The notes under the pieces were generated by a model. It was not told the origin of the DNA. It did no database searches and saw only the letters and a list, made by a program, of their open reading frames with translations. A stretch of DNA of 64,000 bases from Paragordius varius. Its lineage: Eukaryota; Animalia; Nematomorpha. Position 1 is the stretch's first letter. Each line of letters opens with the position of its first letter. The translations under genes and the position numbers were made by a program. Shown piece by piece: positions 1-12,295 of this stretch. The stretch spans positions 13,764,001 through 13,828,000 of the forward strand of contig OZ176051.1 in assembly GCA_964247055.1 (NCBI GenBank), in the 5' to 3' direction.

Positions 1-2718
1 ATGGCGAGAAATTTTTTATTCAGTTTGAAAATCACCCATTTTTTTAAAACTTAGCACACATTTTATATTTGAGTATTTTGTTAAAACAAAAAGCTTAAGC
101 CAAAATATGTTACGTTTACAGATATAGTATAAACAAAGGACTCCCATATGGCGTTGTACTTTTGTATAGAAGATGTTATATTCAGAGAAATGCACCCAAT
201 ATTGAAATAGTGAGACCCAAATAAGTCCAAACAAAAAAGTTATTGTATTCGTTGAATTGATTATTACGTATGAAAAAATCTAAAAAGTACAATTGATATG
301 ATTTTTACTCATTTAAAAAGTTTTTTGCGACTACAATCAGTTATATCAAATTTTTAAACGAGCTGATGTTTTGGCAGCTTGACATCAGCATTCACAACCC
401 TAGCTTGTTTTTATAAACATTGGTTGAATTTTAAAATAAACATTAAGCTTTTAATTTATGTAACAATAAAAAAAATAAAAAATGGTATTTTTTTCAAATA
501 ATATTAATGTTTATGATGATGTTTGGCTTACGTGATAATTTTTTTATGTCGCCTTTCTTGGAAAAAGATAATTTGTTTTGCGTCAAATGTCAAATTTTGT
601 AACAACATTATAGAAGTGTACAAATAATTGTTATTATTATTTATACAAAATTATAATGGTAATTCATAGAAAAGGCAGCGTTTAAGATGACGTTAAATTT
701 TATTAAATAATTTAATTGTGTATGGCAGGATGCCTCTCTATGACCTCACCAGAAAAGACATGGTATAAATTGTTTTACGATATTATTAAATATTGTTTAC
801 TTTATGGGTAAATAATAATATAATGTACGTGGTACTTTCATGACACATATAATTTTAGAACTTTGTCATATGGAAAATAATGTGTGATAGTTAGGGGTGA
901 GTCTGATTATAAATGTTTTATGACCGTGATTTCAAAAAACGTATCAATTCTGTAGTTATTGTTATATTTATATGATTGGCGTCATGGATTCCTGCATTTT
1001 TAAGCGGGAGAGAAGAAAGTTTGCCATTTTATGGTAATGTTTAATATCAGAAAATGAAAAATACACACAATTTACCATTTTGGTAAAATCTATATGCTTC
1101 CTTCCAAAAAATATAACATTAAAACATCCAAAACTATATATAAAAAGCAAACTTAAGATTGAATTTGATTTAATGTCGGTCTCAAAAATTAGTTAAAACA
1201 GCTGAGATTGGGTGATATTTAAATTATATAACAATTTTATTTTTCAAAAAATGCATTTTGCCTAGAAATTTTTACAAAATTTTGTTAAAAGGTATTTTGG
1301 TGAAACTAGATGGAAACTCAATAAAATAGTTAGTTCCAATAACGCTTATTACATATGTTCGATAATGTTTTTCTATTATCTCGGAATATTACAGTCCTAA
1401 ACTTACATTAAATATAAATTGTTCTTGAATAAAAGATCTACCTTGATTGAACACATCTTTTCACCTGAATGAGGTGACGAAAATTTTCACATGACCAGCA
1501 ATGTAAAGAATTTTATTAATATCTTTACCCTTTCCATGTTTTAAACGCATAACCATAAATAAAAATTTAATAAAAATTATTTTTTCGTGGTTATTTAATC
1601 AATTTATTATACGGGACACCACATCTAAAATATAATAAAAATCTTATGTTAGATGTTATATAAACATTTACACATGTTATATTTTTTGGAAGGAAGCATT
1701 TAATTTTCTCAAAAATTATATATTTAGAGCAAATTTCGCAATTTTTGATATGGAACTATTGTCCTGATGCCATTTTTATCGGAATGCCTTCAGATTTTCT
1801 GCAGTGGGGGTGTATTGAGACAAATTACATGCCAATAATTTAAATTATTTAGGTGTAATGTGAAAAAAATTTTAATAATACTCATCTAAATTAAAATAAA
1901 TTTCAACATTTGTTTTTTTAGGATATAGCAGAGAGAGAATTCGTAGCATCCGATGTAATGTTTAGTGCTGTTTCTGGGGTATCAATACACCGTCGCAGCG
2001 ATTTATATATAATTAATGGCTTAAACATCAATATTAAGATGTATTATTTTTAATGGAAAAAATTCTCATTTAAAACTATTTGTCACTAAATTATATTTGG
2101 TAATTGTCTTTGATGGCCAAAACTGTCAGCTGAAAATGTATTATGGAAATTTGAGTTCTATCAGTTATTAGTTTTGAATCAGCTTTTCTGTAGATTCGAG
2201 GCAATATAACTAAAATGATCTTTAAAAAGTCGAATGCCCTAAAATATTTTGGTTTCGGCCTCAAATTATACGAATCTAATTTTAAGAATACATTTTTGAC
2301 CGTAAAATTATTAAACTTCACGAGTATAAACTTGTTGCATTGTTTCGGCTAAGATTTTTTAAATCTATAATAAAGGATAATTCCTGATTTTATTTTCGCA
2401 AGAATGCAATGTTATTCGATTACGATTTTCGTAAATGACTTTTTTTTAATTTTAGCCGTTATTAATTTAATATTTGTTAATATCGGCTACAGAATGACAT
2501 ATACCCATTTTCGCACCCTACATGATTCATTATTAAACTATGCCTATATTTATAATATTTGTAATAGAGTTTTGTTCATAATGTTTGATAATTTTTTAAT
2601 AAAATTTAGAGTCGTAGATATTTGTAATTTATTACCACAATATAAATAGCATTAATCGCTTCTAAAGAATTGAAAATATATTATTATTTATAATTTTCTA
2701 ACGATTATTTAAAACATA

Positions 2719-5700
2719 TTAATTGCAAAAGGCTTGAACTTTAAACGTTTGACATGGTTGACAATCCATACGGCAACACCAAACAAATGTACATTTACAC
2801 TTGGGATCCAATGTTAAACCGTGTTTGGTATAATGGCCCCGTCCACAACACAAAAAATCACAATGAAATACATCAGGGACAGGTTTAAGCAGGGTTTGCT
2901 TTTTATGTATATGGATGGCTCCGTCATAATGAGTGCTACTTTTAAATGTTGATAGATATTGTTGAATGGGTCTCTCAATGGCACAAGAACGGTTAGATAC
3001 CTTTATAAAGTCTGTAAAATATTTAATAAAATTATATTATTTAATCAATATCAGTGTCCACAAAAAATAACCTGATGAAATAATATTCTGAGGAAAATAC
3101 ATTAAAATTATTATTATAGGTAAGTGCTCCATATCAGAAAATGGCAAAATTTCCGCACATTTTTAGATTACAATTTTTGGTACAAGCTAGAAGCTTCATT
3201 ACAAAAATATCACTAAAATATATTATAAATTACTTAAAAGCAAAACAATGTATATAAAAAAATTAATTTATACATGAGGGCTATGAAAGTCCCAAATTTT
3301 GCTCTTCTAAAATGACCTAGTTCGTTTAAAATAAACGAAAAGCCGGGATTGTGCAAATTTTTTTATAAATATGCTAAATTTTAAAATCAACTAATACTTT
3401 ATAAAAAATTGCATATTTTTTTATAAATCAATTTTTTGCAAAATATTGTTGAAGCGTACCTGGTAAAATTCGCGATGAACGGTTAAAAAACGTTTTATAA
3501 TATTAAAAAACACTTTTGCTGAATATTTATATCGCGTCAAAATTTTTAATATAAAGGTTCGTTTATTCATTATTTTGGTGAATTTTTGTAAAAAACAATA
3601 TTGATTTTACATAAATTTGAAGATGAATGAATATTTAAATCAAGGTTTTGAGGTAATAAATATGTTTCAGCACCATCAAATTACATAGAAGTGTTTATAT
3701 AATTTTTAAAGCCATACCGTTTCCAGGGTGACTTAAAACAGTAAGTACGCTTCAACAAAATTAAAAAAAAATAAATTTTTGATAAAATAATGCATTTTTT
3801 TTAAATGTTTTTAGTTGATATCAAAATTTAGCATATATCTAAATTTATCGCGCAATCGCGTTTGCGTTCGTTTCAAAAGGACTGGCTCATTTTAAATGAA
3901 AAAAATTGGCGGCGACCACATATGTGAATCAAAATTTTTTGAATTTTGTTTTTTATATGTTATCATATATTTTAGTGATAATTATTGGAATAACGTCTCT
4001 AGCTTTCACCAAAACATTTATTTAAATAATGTGCCCAAATTTCGTCATTTTCCCAAGAATATATATTTTATAAGGTTGTTTTTTTATACCACCCCATTTT
4101 GGACGTAGCCGAGTGACAAGGGTAGCATTTGAATCAATGTAATAAGGAAGATTTTACTTGTGTTACAGAACTCGGGTGATTCCTCCATATAAATGAGATC
4201 TCGTTTCCCTGGGGGTTTGGTGAGTGTGGTTGTAAGCAAATCCATATCCATCTTACTTTTATTTAATTTATTATCAAGGCCAAAATAAAATTGACTCTTT
4301 AGCCAATGTTTAGCCGTTTGACTATCTTGTTTTTTTAGACGCTCATACACGTATCGCATGGCATCTGTGTCTATTACAGCTCTTTTTCGTGCTTTGAAAC
4401 TGTGTTCGTTGTAAGTCAAAGATAGGTTTACCTTGATAGCTTCGTCATATTTTTGTGTTAGTTTTTTAGAAATTTTTTTGAATTCAGGAAGTTTTTTCCA
4501 ACAAACTTTAGCGGTACAAGAGCCAGATGTGCCAAAACATTTGCACACTTTATTCATGTTGCTTGTAAGAATCTTGTTAAAAATATTTGAAAAACAATGT
4601 TTTTTTTATGTTAAATGTTTTTATAACCGAAAACAATTAGAGCGATAATTTATTTTTTTTGCGATAGTTATATGTGTAACAAGTGTATCCATACAGATAT
4701 TAAATATATACATTGTTGATACTTTAGGCAAAAATAATAATTATCCATATTAAGTCATTGCAAAAAAAATAAAAAATCATTAATCTTAAAATTTAATGGT
4801 TTATACCTTACGTCCAGTTCTTTGGTTATGCAGATTCATTTGACCCTTAGCCGATTTAACATCTTCAAAAGATGCAAAAACGATTCTATTAAGCCGATTT
4901 CCGTAACTGGGATCATCTGGACAACTTTTCCATTGCCAAGTTTCTATGTTTTTTATTTTAGCAAAATTATATTATGCAATTAATTGTAAACATTAGCAAT
5001 TCTAGAACCTCATGTTGCCCAAAATATATAAAATTAAAATATTTAATTTAATAATTGAAAAAACTATTAAAAATATATTACCATTTAAATTAACCATAAT
5101 ATCATGCGTGGATCTCTTTATTTTCTCCAAACTATTGAAAGACTTTACATGAGATATTTTGCTTTGGTTTTCAAAAGACGTGACAGATTGAACTGATAAC
5201 TCCATTAAATTTGGCCAAATACGTTGTGGAATCTCATCGGTTTGCTGGATAGGGTGACATCCACAAAAATGGGATAGAGACTCCCCTTTTCTACACGCTT
5301 TAATTAGATCGTAAGAAACGCCGGCCGAAAGTAAAGCATGCACATAAGCTTTTTCCTTGAAACCTATCTCATGTTTAACCAAATAAAAATTATAAATAAG
5401 ATTTGGGCAAATTTTATTAAACACCATTTATTAGTCATTTGACACATGAGGATTGGAAGGCGTTTTCCCGCTTGAATAGTTCTTTGTTTAGTTCGGGTTA
5501 AACGATCTCGTTTGAAATTGTTTTTTGCCAAAAACTTTGGATACGATTGTATTGTTTTTTGGTAAGTAAACTAGTTTACTAAAGGATGCGCGATTATAAT
5601 CAATGTGAAAAATATATTGGCATAAATTAGGTTGCTCTTTGAACAATCCAAAAAATATTTATCTGATCCGGAATCGTTTTAAATCCGATGCAATCAATGT

Positions 5701-7897
5701 CATATACATTATCCCTAGTTCCAGTCTAAATATTTTGGCTCCTACTGCAAAAATTAGTTCTTTAAAGATCCAATTTTCGTTGACGGTTAAAACAAAATTA
5801 ACATCAATACATGTCTTAATTGCGTGTTTTCTATTAAAATTTAACAAAATTCACAAAAAAACAATATTAGAACTAATGTCTGGATTATATTAAAAATTAA
5901 AGCAAAAAAATAGATTTTGTTTTGATCTTTAAATGCTAATCATGTTCAACTTTTTGAGCATATAGAAACCCGATTTTCAATAAAAACACACGCTATAAAA
6001 TATAACAAATACTTAAAATACATATCAAAACAATGAAAATACCCGTTTTGAAAATGGATATTGAAGGTTGGTTTTGAAGAAGGCATGGCCAGATTCTATG
6101 TTTGAGTTCATCTTCACAAGCTTTAAAGCCTCGCAACAATCCAATCATTAAGGCATCCATTTGGGATTTGTTTAAATTACAAATTCTAACATAAACTTTG
6201 GATATTTGTGTTTTGGCTACATATATATATATATATATATATTTAGATTTTGTCATTGAAATATCTTTAAAACCAATATAAACACTGTAAACATAAAAAT
6301 ACTTTTTCTATCCAAAAGATTTTGCCCAAGCAAGGATTGGAGATATTCACAATTAGATGAATGGTAAGTTATGTAATGCGTTTTATCGTATATCGAAGTA
6401 ATTTTTTGTGGGTTTAAAACATTGCCATCTTTATAATTATAGTGATTGCTCGAAATAGTATTGAAGGGTAAAATATGTGTAAACATACTAAATATGATGG
6501 GTAAAAATTACAATTACATTGATATGCATAAAAGATCAATATTTTAAACAATCATTATTTTGACCATTGACATCGAAAAATAATTATAAATTTTTTGATG
6601 GCAAAAAAACTTTAGGAGATTAAGTATAAAAATGATAAATACAAAAATACTTTCATTTTTCTCCTATCAGGCAAAATAAGAAAAACCCATTTTATCGCAC
6701 ATGTCGAAAAAATTAAATTCAATCGAAAACGTGTCAACCATATATGATACAAAATTGGTTTGTAATAAAGTAATTTAACCAAATCGCTTTATCAAAATTT
6801 TTTTTTCAAAAAAGTCCATTGCAACGTTGTACCCTAGACACCCCAATTCGAATCGAAGTGATACATTAATATTTTGTTTTTATTGCGAATGTAACTAACT
6901 TTAAGGTAAAATAGGCGAAATTTCGATGTTCAAATATTAACAAATATTAATTATAATTTCTTAATATTTTTAATACTTCTGACCGCTTGGGGTAGTTTTA
7001 TCTCATGACCATTTAAAACTCAATAACTAAAGAGATATTTTTAGAATTTGGCCAAATTTAATATGCTAATTTTAGTCTTTTACCCGCATGGTGTATGAAA
7101 TTTTTAAAAAATCTAAAATTAAAAAAAATCATCAACAAACTTTTTCGCCGCCATTTTTGTATCTTTTTTATCGTTAATACAATACTCAAATAACTGTATA
7201 TTATGAGTGAAAAAATAAATAATTAACTTTGGAAAGTTTTTAAAATGCAATTTGTAAATTTTTTATATTTATTGATTTTATTGTTCGTTTCAATCGCGTT
7301 TGCCATTTTGGGATTCTAATAACTCTAAGAATTCTAACTTTTTTGATCTAATACCGGGGTTATATAATTTATTACCAACAAAACTTTCAAAACAGAGGTT
7401 TGTTCACCACTCTAATCTCAGGTTAAAACTAATAAAAATTACTATGATCATTGAGCCATGAATTTTAACTTCAATATTTAAAAAATTTAGAAACATTCAC
7501 AAACCTTGGAATAAAGATATTAAACAAATTGGGGTTTAACATAAAAATTTTGTTTGTTAATTAACACTTATAATAATAATAATAATAATAGAATATGATT
7601 TGAATTTTTGTAAAATAAATATGGTGCACCAAAATTAATTTTAAAGTAATTTTGATAATAAATCGGAAATTTTAAAAGAAGCCGCGCCTTATTTAATTTG
7701 GCTAAATGCCTCTTTTTTTATATTGTGAGAAGTTATATACTATAATATCTTTAAAGGTCTTACAAATTCCAAATATTGAATAAATCTCCATCAAATGTAG
7801 TTTGGGAAACATGGATTTCCTCATTAGAACATACTAATATTATTTTATATTTTATAAGTAGTAACTTTAGAATCAATATCCAAACTTTTGGGAACAT
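2719..7897 (-). CDS. Wnt9: Wnt family ligand, divergent, most similar to Wnt9; 7 exons: 7764-7897, 6303-6487, 6043-6216, 5082-5363, 4807-4943, 4158-4572, 2719-3011 (~539 aa)
   Basis: All six introns are GT-AG and phases are consistent (2,1,1,1,0,1); total 1620 nt. Signal-peptide-like N-terminus MFPKVWILILKLLLIKYKIILVCS. Wnt motifs: GFKEKAYVHALLSAG..KAC, ETWQWKSC, MNLHNQRTGR, CKCFGTSGSCTAKVCW, DLIYMEESPEFC, CCGRGH, CKCTFVWCC..C..C. GFKE, xWQW and CCGRGH resemble Wnt9. Subfamily and exons 1-2 are less certain than the family call. Confidence 0.9.
3320..3885. mobile_element. Foldback/MITE-like element with long imperfect inverted arms in Wnt intron 6
   Basis: Arms ~3320-3465 and ~3740-3885 are reverse complements (e.g. 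aatatgctaaattttaaaatcaactaa vs ttagttgatatcaaaatttagcatat; ttgttgaagcgtac vs gtacgcttcaacaa). Ends approximate. Confidence 0.6.
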
Positions 7898-9444
7898 TTT
7901 ATAAAAATCAACAAATAATATTAATATTAAAATATATCATTTTTCATAATTTATTTTGTACCATATACCAACTCCTGCGAAACGCCATCCTTTATTAATA
8001 TATTAGGTTAGTTTAGCATATGATAAGGATTATCTCTGAATCCCGACAATGATTTAGAAATTTTTACAGGTAATAAAACATAATATCACCTTTCAAAAAA
8101 AATATATACACTATTTTTACCTATTATATTTATATTATATGTAATTATTTATTTTGTGTTTATTTGCGACAAATGTGCGGTGTTATTAGAGACTAATAAA
8201 AGGGAAAAAGCATTTGTCATCTTCAATTAATAATTTTATATTTTAATGGATTAATATACATTTATAAAATTTCATGTATTGGTGAACCAAATAAGGTTTG
8301 AAAGGATGTATTTTTTGAGAGTAATAAAATGAAAAATTATCTTATAAATTTAATTAAGTATACTCATTAAATTTGAAACTTTGGGTAATTCATATTTCCA
8401 TGAATCTTTTTATATTAGACGTATTTCATGAATAAGGCTGTACATTAAAGCATTCCTAAATAAAAAAATATTCATTAATTAAAAATGTCGCTGGCTATAA
8501 TTTATTGAAATACAGAATCAACTCAAACCATCAAATCTAATCTCAAAAGGAATCACCTTGCTTTTGTCAATTCAAAATTAGGTAAATGTTTTAAAATATT
8601 GTTATATTTTTTAATATCAAAATAACTAATTGAGTAAATCAATACAAATTTATACCCAAAATTGACCCGATAACCCTTCGCATGTATCCTAGTACGCCAT
8701 TCCCTTAAAATGAATTAGGCGTTTTTAAAATTATTTAATATCCCAAAAACAACAATTATTTTAGGGTCAATTTCAAATTATCAGGGGTTCGTATGAATTG
8801 TTTGACGGTTAATGTTCGAAATGTTAAAGGAGTTTGAAATGTAAATGATTATTATAAAATTGATAAATCTAAATGTGTTTTAATATTGATAATAAATCAT
8901 TTTAAATAAAAGAATTTGTAAAAAAAAATTAAAGATATTTCATAAAATTAAGGGTAAAGAAATTAAAATATTTGTTGTTAGTTTTGTCTAAAAGCGCTTT
9001 ATTTCTGCATACTAGCTAATTTATTATATTTGAAAATATAACTAGTTCGATACCCCAGTTGGACAAATAAAATATATATTTATTTTATAAAGTTCTAAAG
9101 TTCGTTTCATTTAAAGTGTAACCATTATGAAATTAATGCTTAAATCCGTTATTTTATTTTTACATTTTTAATACCACACGGGTTAATTACATATATTAAT
9201 GTGATGTCGAACAGGTGCCTTAATTAACGTAGACAAACTCATTTTTTAATACAACAATCCAATAAACCAATTCTCTCAATTTAGGATATACTTTTGAATT
9301 ATTAAAATATCTGAATTGTGAGCCTTCACCTAATGTAGACACTTTTAAATTGTTATATTGTTAGGGTTGTGCATTCGACTGCTTTCTCAAAGTCCGGTCA
9401 GACCCAGTCAGACCATGGTCATGACCACGGTCATGACCACTTTT

Positions 9445-12295
9445 TACTTAATTAAGTATCATCAAGGTGTATCAAGAAAAGGGTGTAGCAGACCCATGTC
9501 GCCACTGTCCACAAAAGACGTCCCTTGCTGTCCTTCCATACACCAAATGGTGGTTCAGTGACAGCTGTCTAGTAGCGTTGGGGGTGGGGTTGCATCTAAG
9601 GATATAGTGGTACGTTATAGATATAGATATGTAAGTTACATTTTTGATTATAGTTTACATATGTGGTAAATGACTGTTTAGGTTGCTTATCAATCTTAGA
9701 CTGGTAACCTCTTAGCCCAATACAAAACCTATTTATGATTCAAAATCAATCATAGCCATATGCAAGAGTGATAAGAATAAGTCCTATACTCTAAGTGTTA
9801 AACCCTATGTGCGTATAAATACCTGTAATGGTATCATAATTGTTCAAGGGGTTAGTGTCATTAATGTGTTGGTCATCCAGATATTATCATTATATCTGGT
9901 TATAAGTGTGTCACTGCATGTGGGCCTATCATTAGGATCAGCGTCTGCGGGTATGGGTAAATTTCGGGAGTCCCTAATAGTTGTCCTTCTTCTAGCCTCC
10001 CGTCTTCCGCTCTAGCTCCCCTCCAGGCGACGCAGACGCTTTCGTTCTCTTTTATCCTTATATAGCACAATTTCCTCTTCAATAAGTTCCTTCTTTATTT
10101 TACCGCTCAGGTGTTTCCAAGTCCCATTCACCACTGCATCAACGAATTTCTTGTCGGATAATCCCACGCGATTCATAAATAGCGCGATTCTTCCATACCA
10201 TGATCGTTTATATTTCCAATGAGCATTATCTAACCTCCATTCCAATGCGTCTCGCAGCGGGCTCTTACTATTGTGTCGAATTTGGTGGGCCATTATGTTC
10301 AGACCAGCCAGGGGAATAGCTAGGCGTATGGGAAGCATTATTGTTTTTTTGTGGAGGTAGCAAGTGGGTAGTTGTGAGTTTTTCGACGGCGTGTATGTGT
10401 CGCCAGTGATGCGGCGGTGGCATTTATTTATAAAGACCTGTATTTTTCGAGTGTGTTTATGGGTGGTGCGCCATATTGAGAAGCCATATGTTATGCGGGG
10501 AATAATTAAGCATTTGAAAATTTTGAGTTTGAGTTTAAGCCCTACCTTTTTCGATTGCCACAAGCCACCAAGACCGTTGATCAGGTTCGCCATGCCTAGT
10601 CTGTTGGGACAGCATTCCACGACACAGCCCTGATTATCTATTTCTATGCCCAGGTAGCGAAACCTGCTAACAACCTCAATGGCGCCATCATTTAGGGATA
10701 GTATCGGTTTGTTGTACGTAACCATTGCTTTGGTTTTGGTGAAGTTGATTGATAGGTTTATATTATTTAGCTCAATTTGTAGATTGTTGAGGGCTGATTG
10801 CAATACCTCCTCTGAGTCTGTGATGATGCAGATGTCATCCGCATAACATAGGATGTGGAAGAATTTATTACTGAATGCAGCGCAGAGGTTTTCAATGATT
10901 TTGTTGATTGCCAAATTGAATAACTTAGGGGAGAGTGGGCACCCCTGTTTAAGGCCTCTTGTAGGGTGAATGTGGTCCGACCTAGCATTCTCAAGGCTGA
11001 CTCGACACCTTGTCCGGCTAATAAGATGTACCATAAAGTTTTTGAAATTTTCCTCCATATTCAAAGTGTCGAGCAAGCTGACGATATGGTCCCTGTCTAT
11101 GAGGTCAAATGCCTTTTTAATGTCAACGAAGCTAATGTACAGCAGATGTTTTAGCCTTCTACTCTTCTCTATGTATATAATGAGCGCGCTAAATAGGTCG
11201 GTAGTACCACGGCCCTTTCGAAACCCACATATAGCATGGTGAAGTGTATCATCCACATCCTTAAGTCTGTCGAGCGCAATGTTGGCGAGCACCTTGTAGA
11301 CTGTGTTTATAAGGGCGATGCCACGGTAGCCATCTACTGTGTCGGCACATTCGTTTTTACCTATGTTTATTATGTCAAAATCAAGCCATTCCTTCAGAAG
11401 TACGCCATTTTCAAGCAGTTTTTTCATCACAGGCATTATGTTTTCCTTGCACCACTTTATCTCATCCGCCCACATATTTGTAGGGCATCTGTCGGGGCCA
11501 GGCTTTTTATGTCCCTTTAGCATGCTGATCCCCTTGGAGAATGTCGAATCGTTAAGCTTAATGGAGAAGGGGTACATTAATGTAATTTTTTGTTCATTTT
11601 CAGGGTCATCTCCAAGCAGTCGGGTGTAATGTTTGTATAGTTCGTTTAAGTTAACCTCGTTATTATTATTTAAGGTGCCATCTATGCGTAAGGCTGTCGA
11701 TATTCTGGGCGTGCGTAGGAGAAACCGTATCATTGAGTATTGTATGCGGAGGTCCTTAGCGTTTGAGGCTAATGTTGAGAAGAATTTACTGACGAAAGCA
11801 GTTCGGTCTTTCTGTTTCATTTTATCCATCTTGCATCTTATCCAAGCCCTCCTGCGGCTCTTGCAGCATTTATTTCGAGTAGCAATAAGAAACCTTTTCG
11901 TAGCGTCAGACATCCAATCTTCAGCAAGTCTCGGTTGTCGTCTTTCACGAGTGATAAGATCATGTTGGACAGATTCCCATTCATTTCTAGGTCCAATGAA
12001 TTTCTTTATTGGTTTCCATTTAGCCTTAACCTCGGCACAAACTGGCAAGTGGTCGCTTAGTAATTCATAGTAATCCAAGCAGAATATCCTTCCAAACCTT
12101 CCTAAGTCATTTTCTCTGAGCAGGATGAAGTCAATTTGGGAGGAGCGTACGCCTCTGGCCATCCGTGTGTGCGGACTTTTACCATTATTATTGGGTGTTA
12201 CCGATGAGGAGATGTCTGCCTTCGCAGAACTCTATCAATAGTTTGCCACTAGATGACGATGTGTTTAAGGCATATTTGCCGATGCTCCATGACAA
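9445..12295 (-). mobile_element. RTE-clade non-LTR retrotransposon (LINE), 5'-truncated, with ~570-bp 3' UTR
   Basis: Boundaries set where similarity to the host hAT MITE stops and resumes (+/- a few bp). Visibly more GC-rich than the flanks. Encodes the end of an APE endonuclease plus RT. The 3' end on the minus strand reads ...cttgatacaccttgatgat. Confidence 0.85.
10012..12162 (-). CDS. LINE ORF: C-terminal part of APE endonuclease plus reverse transcriptase (716 aa, uninterrupted)
   Basis: APE motifs SQIDFIL and SDHLPV. RT motifs PGPD, YRGIALINTVYKVL, GFRKGRGT, FVDIKKAFD, GLKQGCPLSPKLFNL, YADD, FRYLG. RTE-type C-terminus (LW.S..VGLKLKLKIF..LI.P..TYG...W). Upstream endonuclease residues (GKLLIEFCEGRHLLIGNT, ~12195-12250) are in another frame, implying a 1-bp frameshift near 12190. 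Confidence 0.92.
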   Translation of the reverse strand: MARGVRSSQIDFILLRENDLGRFGRIFCLDYYELLSDHLPVCAEVKAKWKPIKKFIGPRNEWESVQHDLITRERRQPRLAEDWMSDATKRFLIATRNKCCKSRRRAWIRCKMDKMKQKDRTAFVSKFFSTLASNAKDLRIQYSMIRFLLRTPRISTALRIDGTLNNNNEVNLNELYKHYTRLLGDDPENEQKITLMYPFSIKLNDSTFSKGISMLKGHKKPGPDRCPTNMWADEIKWCKENIMPVMKKLLENGVLLKEWLDFDIINIGKNECADTVDGYRGIALINTVYKVLANIALDRLKDVDDTLHHAICGFRKGRGTTDLFSALIIYIEKSRRLKHLLYISFVDIKKAFDLIDRDHIVSLLDTLNMEENFKNFMVHLISRTRCRVSLENARSDHIHPTRGLKQGCPLSPKLFNLAINKIIENLCAAFSNKFFHILCYADDICIITDSEEVLQSALNNLQIELNNINLSINFTKTKAMVTYNKPILSLNDGAIEVVSRFRYLGIEIDNQGCVVECCPNRLGMANLINGLGGLWQSKKVGLKLKLKIFKCLIIPRITYGFSIWRTTHKHTRKIQVFINKCHRRITGDTYTPSKNSQLPTCYLHKKTIMLPIRLAIPLAGLNIMAHQIRHNSKSPLRDALEWRLDNAHWKYKRSWYGRIALFMNRVGLSDKKFVDAVVNGTWKHLSGKIKKELIEEEIVLYKDKRERKRLRRLEGS

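Noticed and set aside
16-234. Minus-strand hydrophobic 72-aa ORF
   Set aside because: No family motif, and it conflicts with an equally plausible plus-strand exon at 122-209; cannot be supported.
4433-4648. Plus-strand 71-aa ORF
   Set aside because: Antisense to Wnt exon 6.
9405-9440. Short regularly spaced repeats resembling a CRISPR array
   Set aside because: Subterminal hAT palindromes with no spacer structure; eukaryotic context and no cas genes.
10364-12070. Multiple plus-strand ORFs (63-145 aa) over the LINE
   Set aside because: Antisense shadows of the RT ORF in GC-richer sequence; no motifs of their own.
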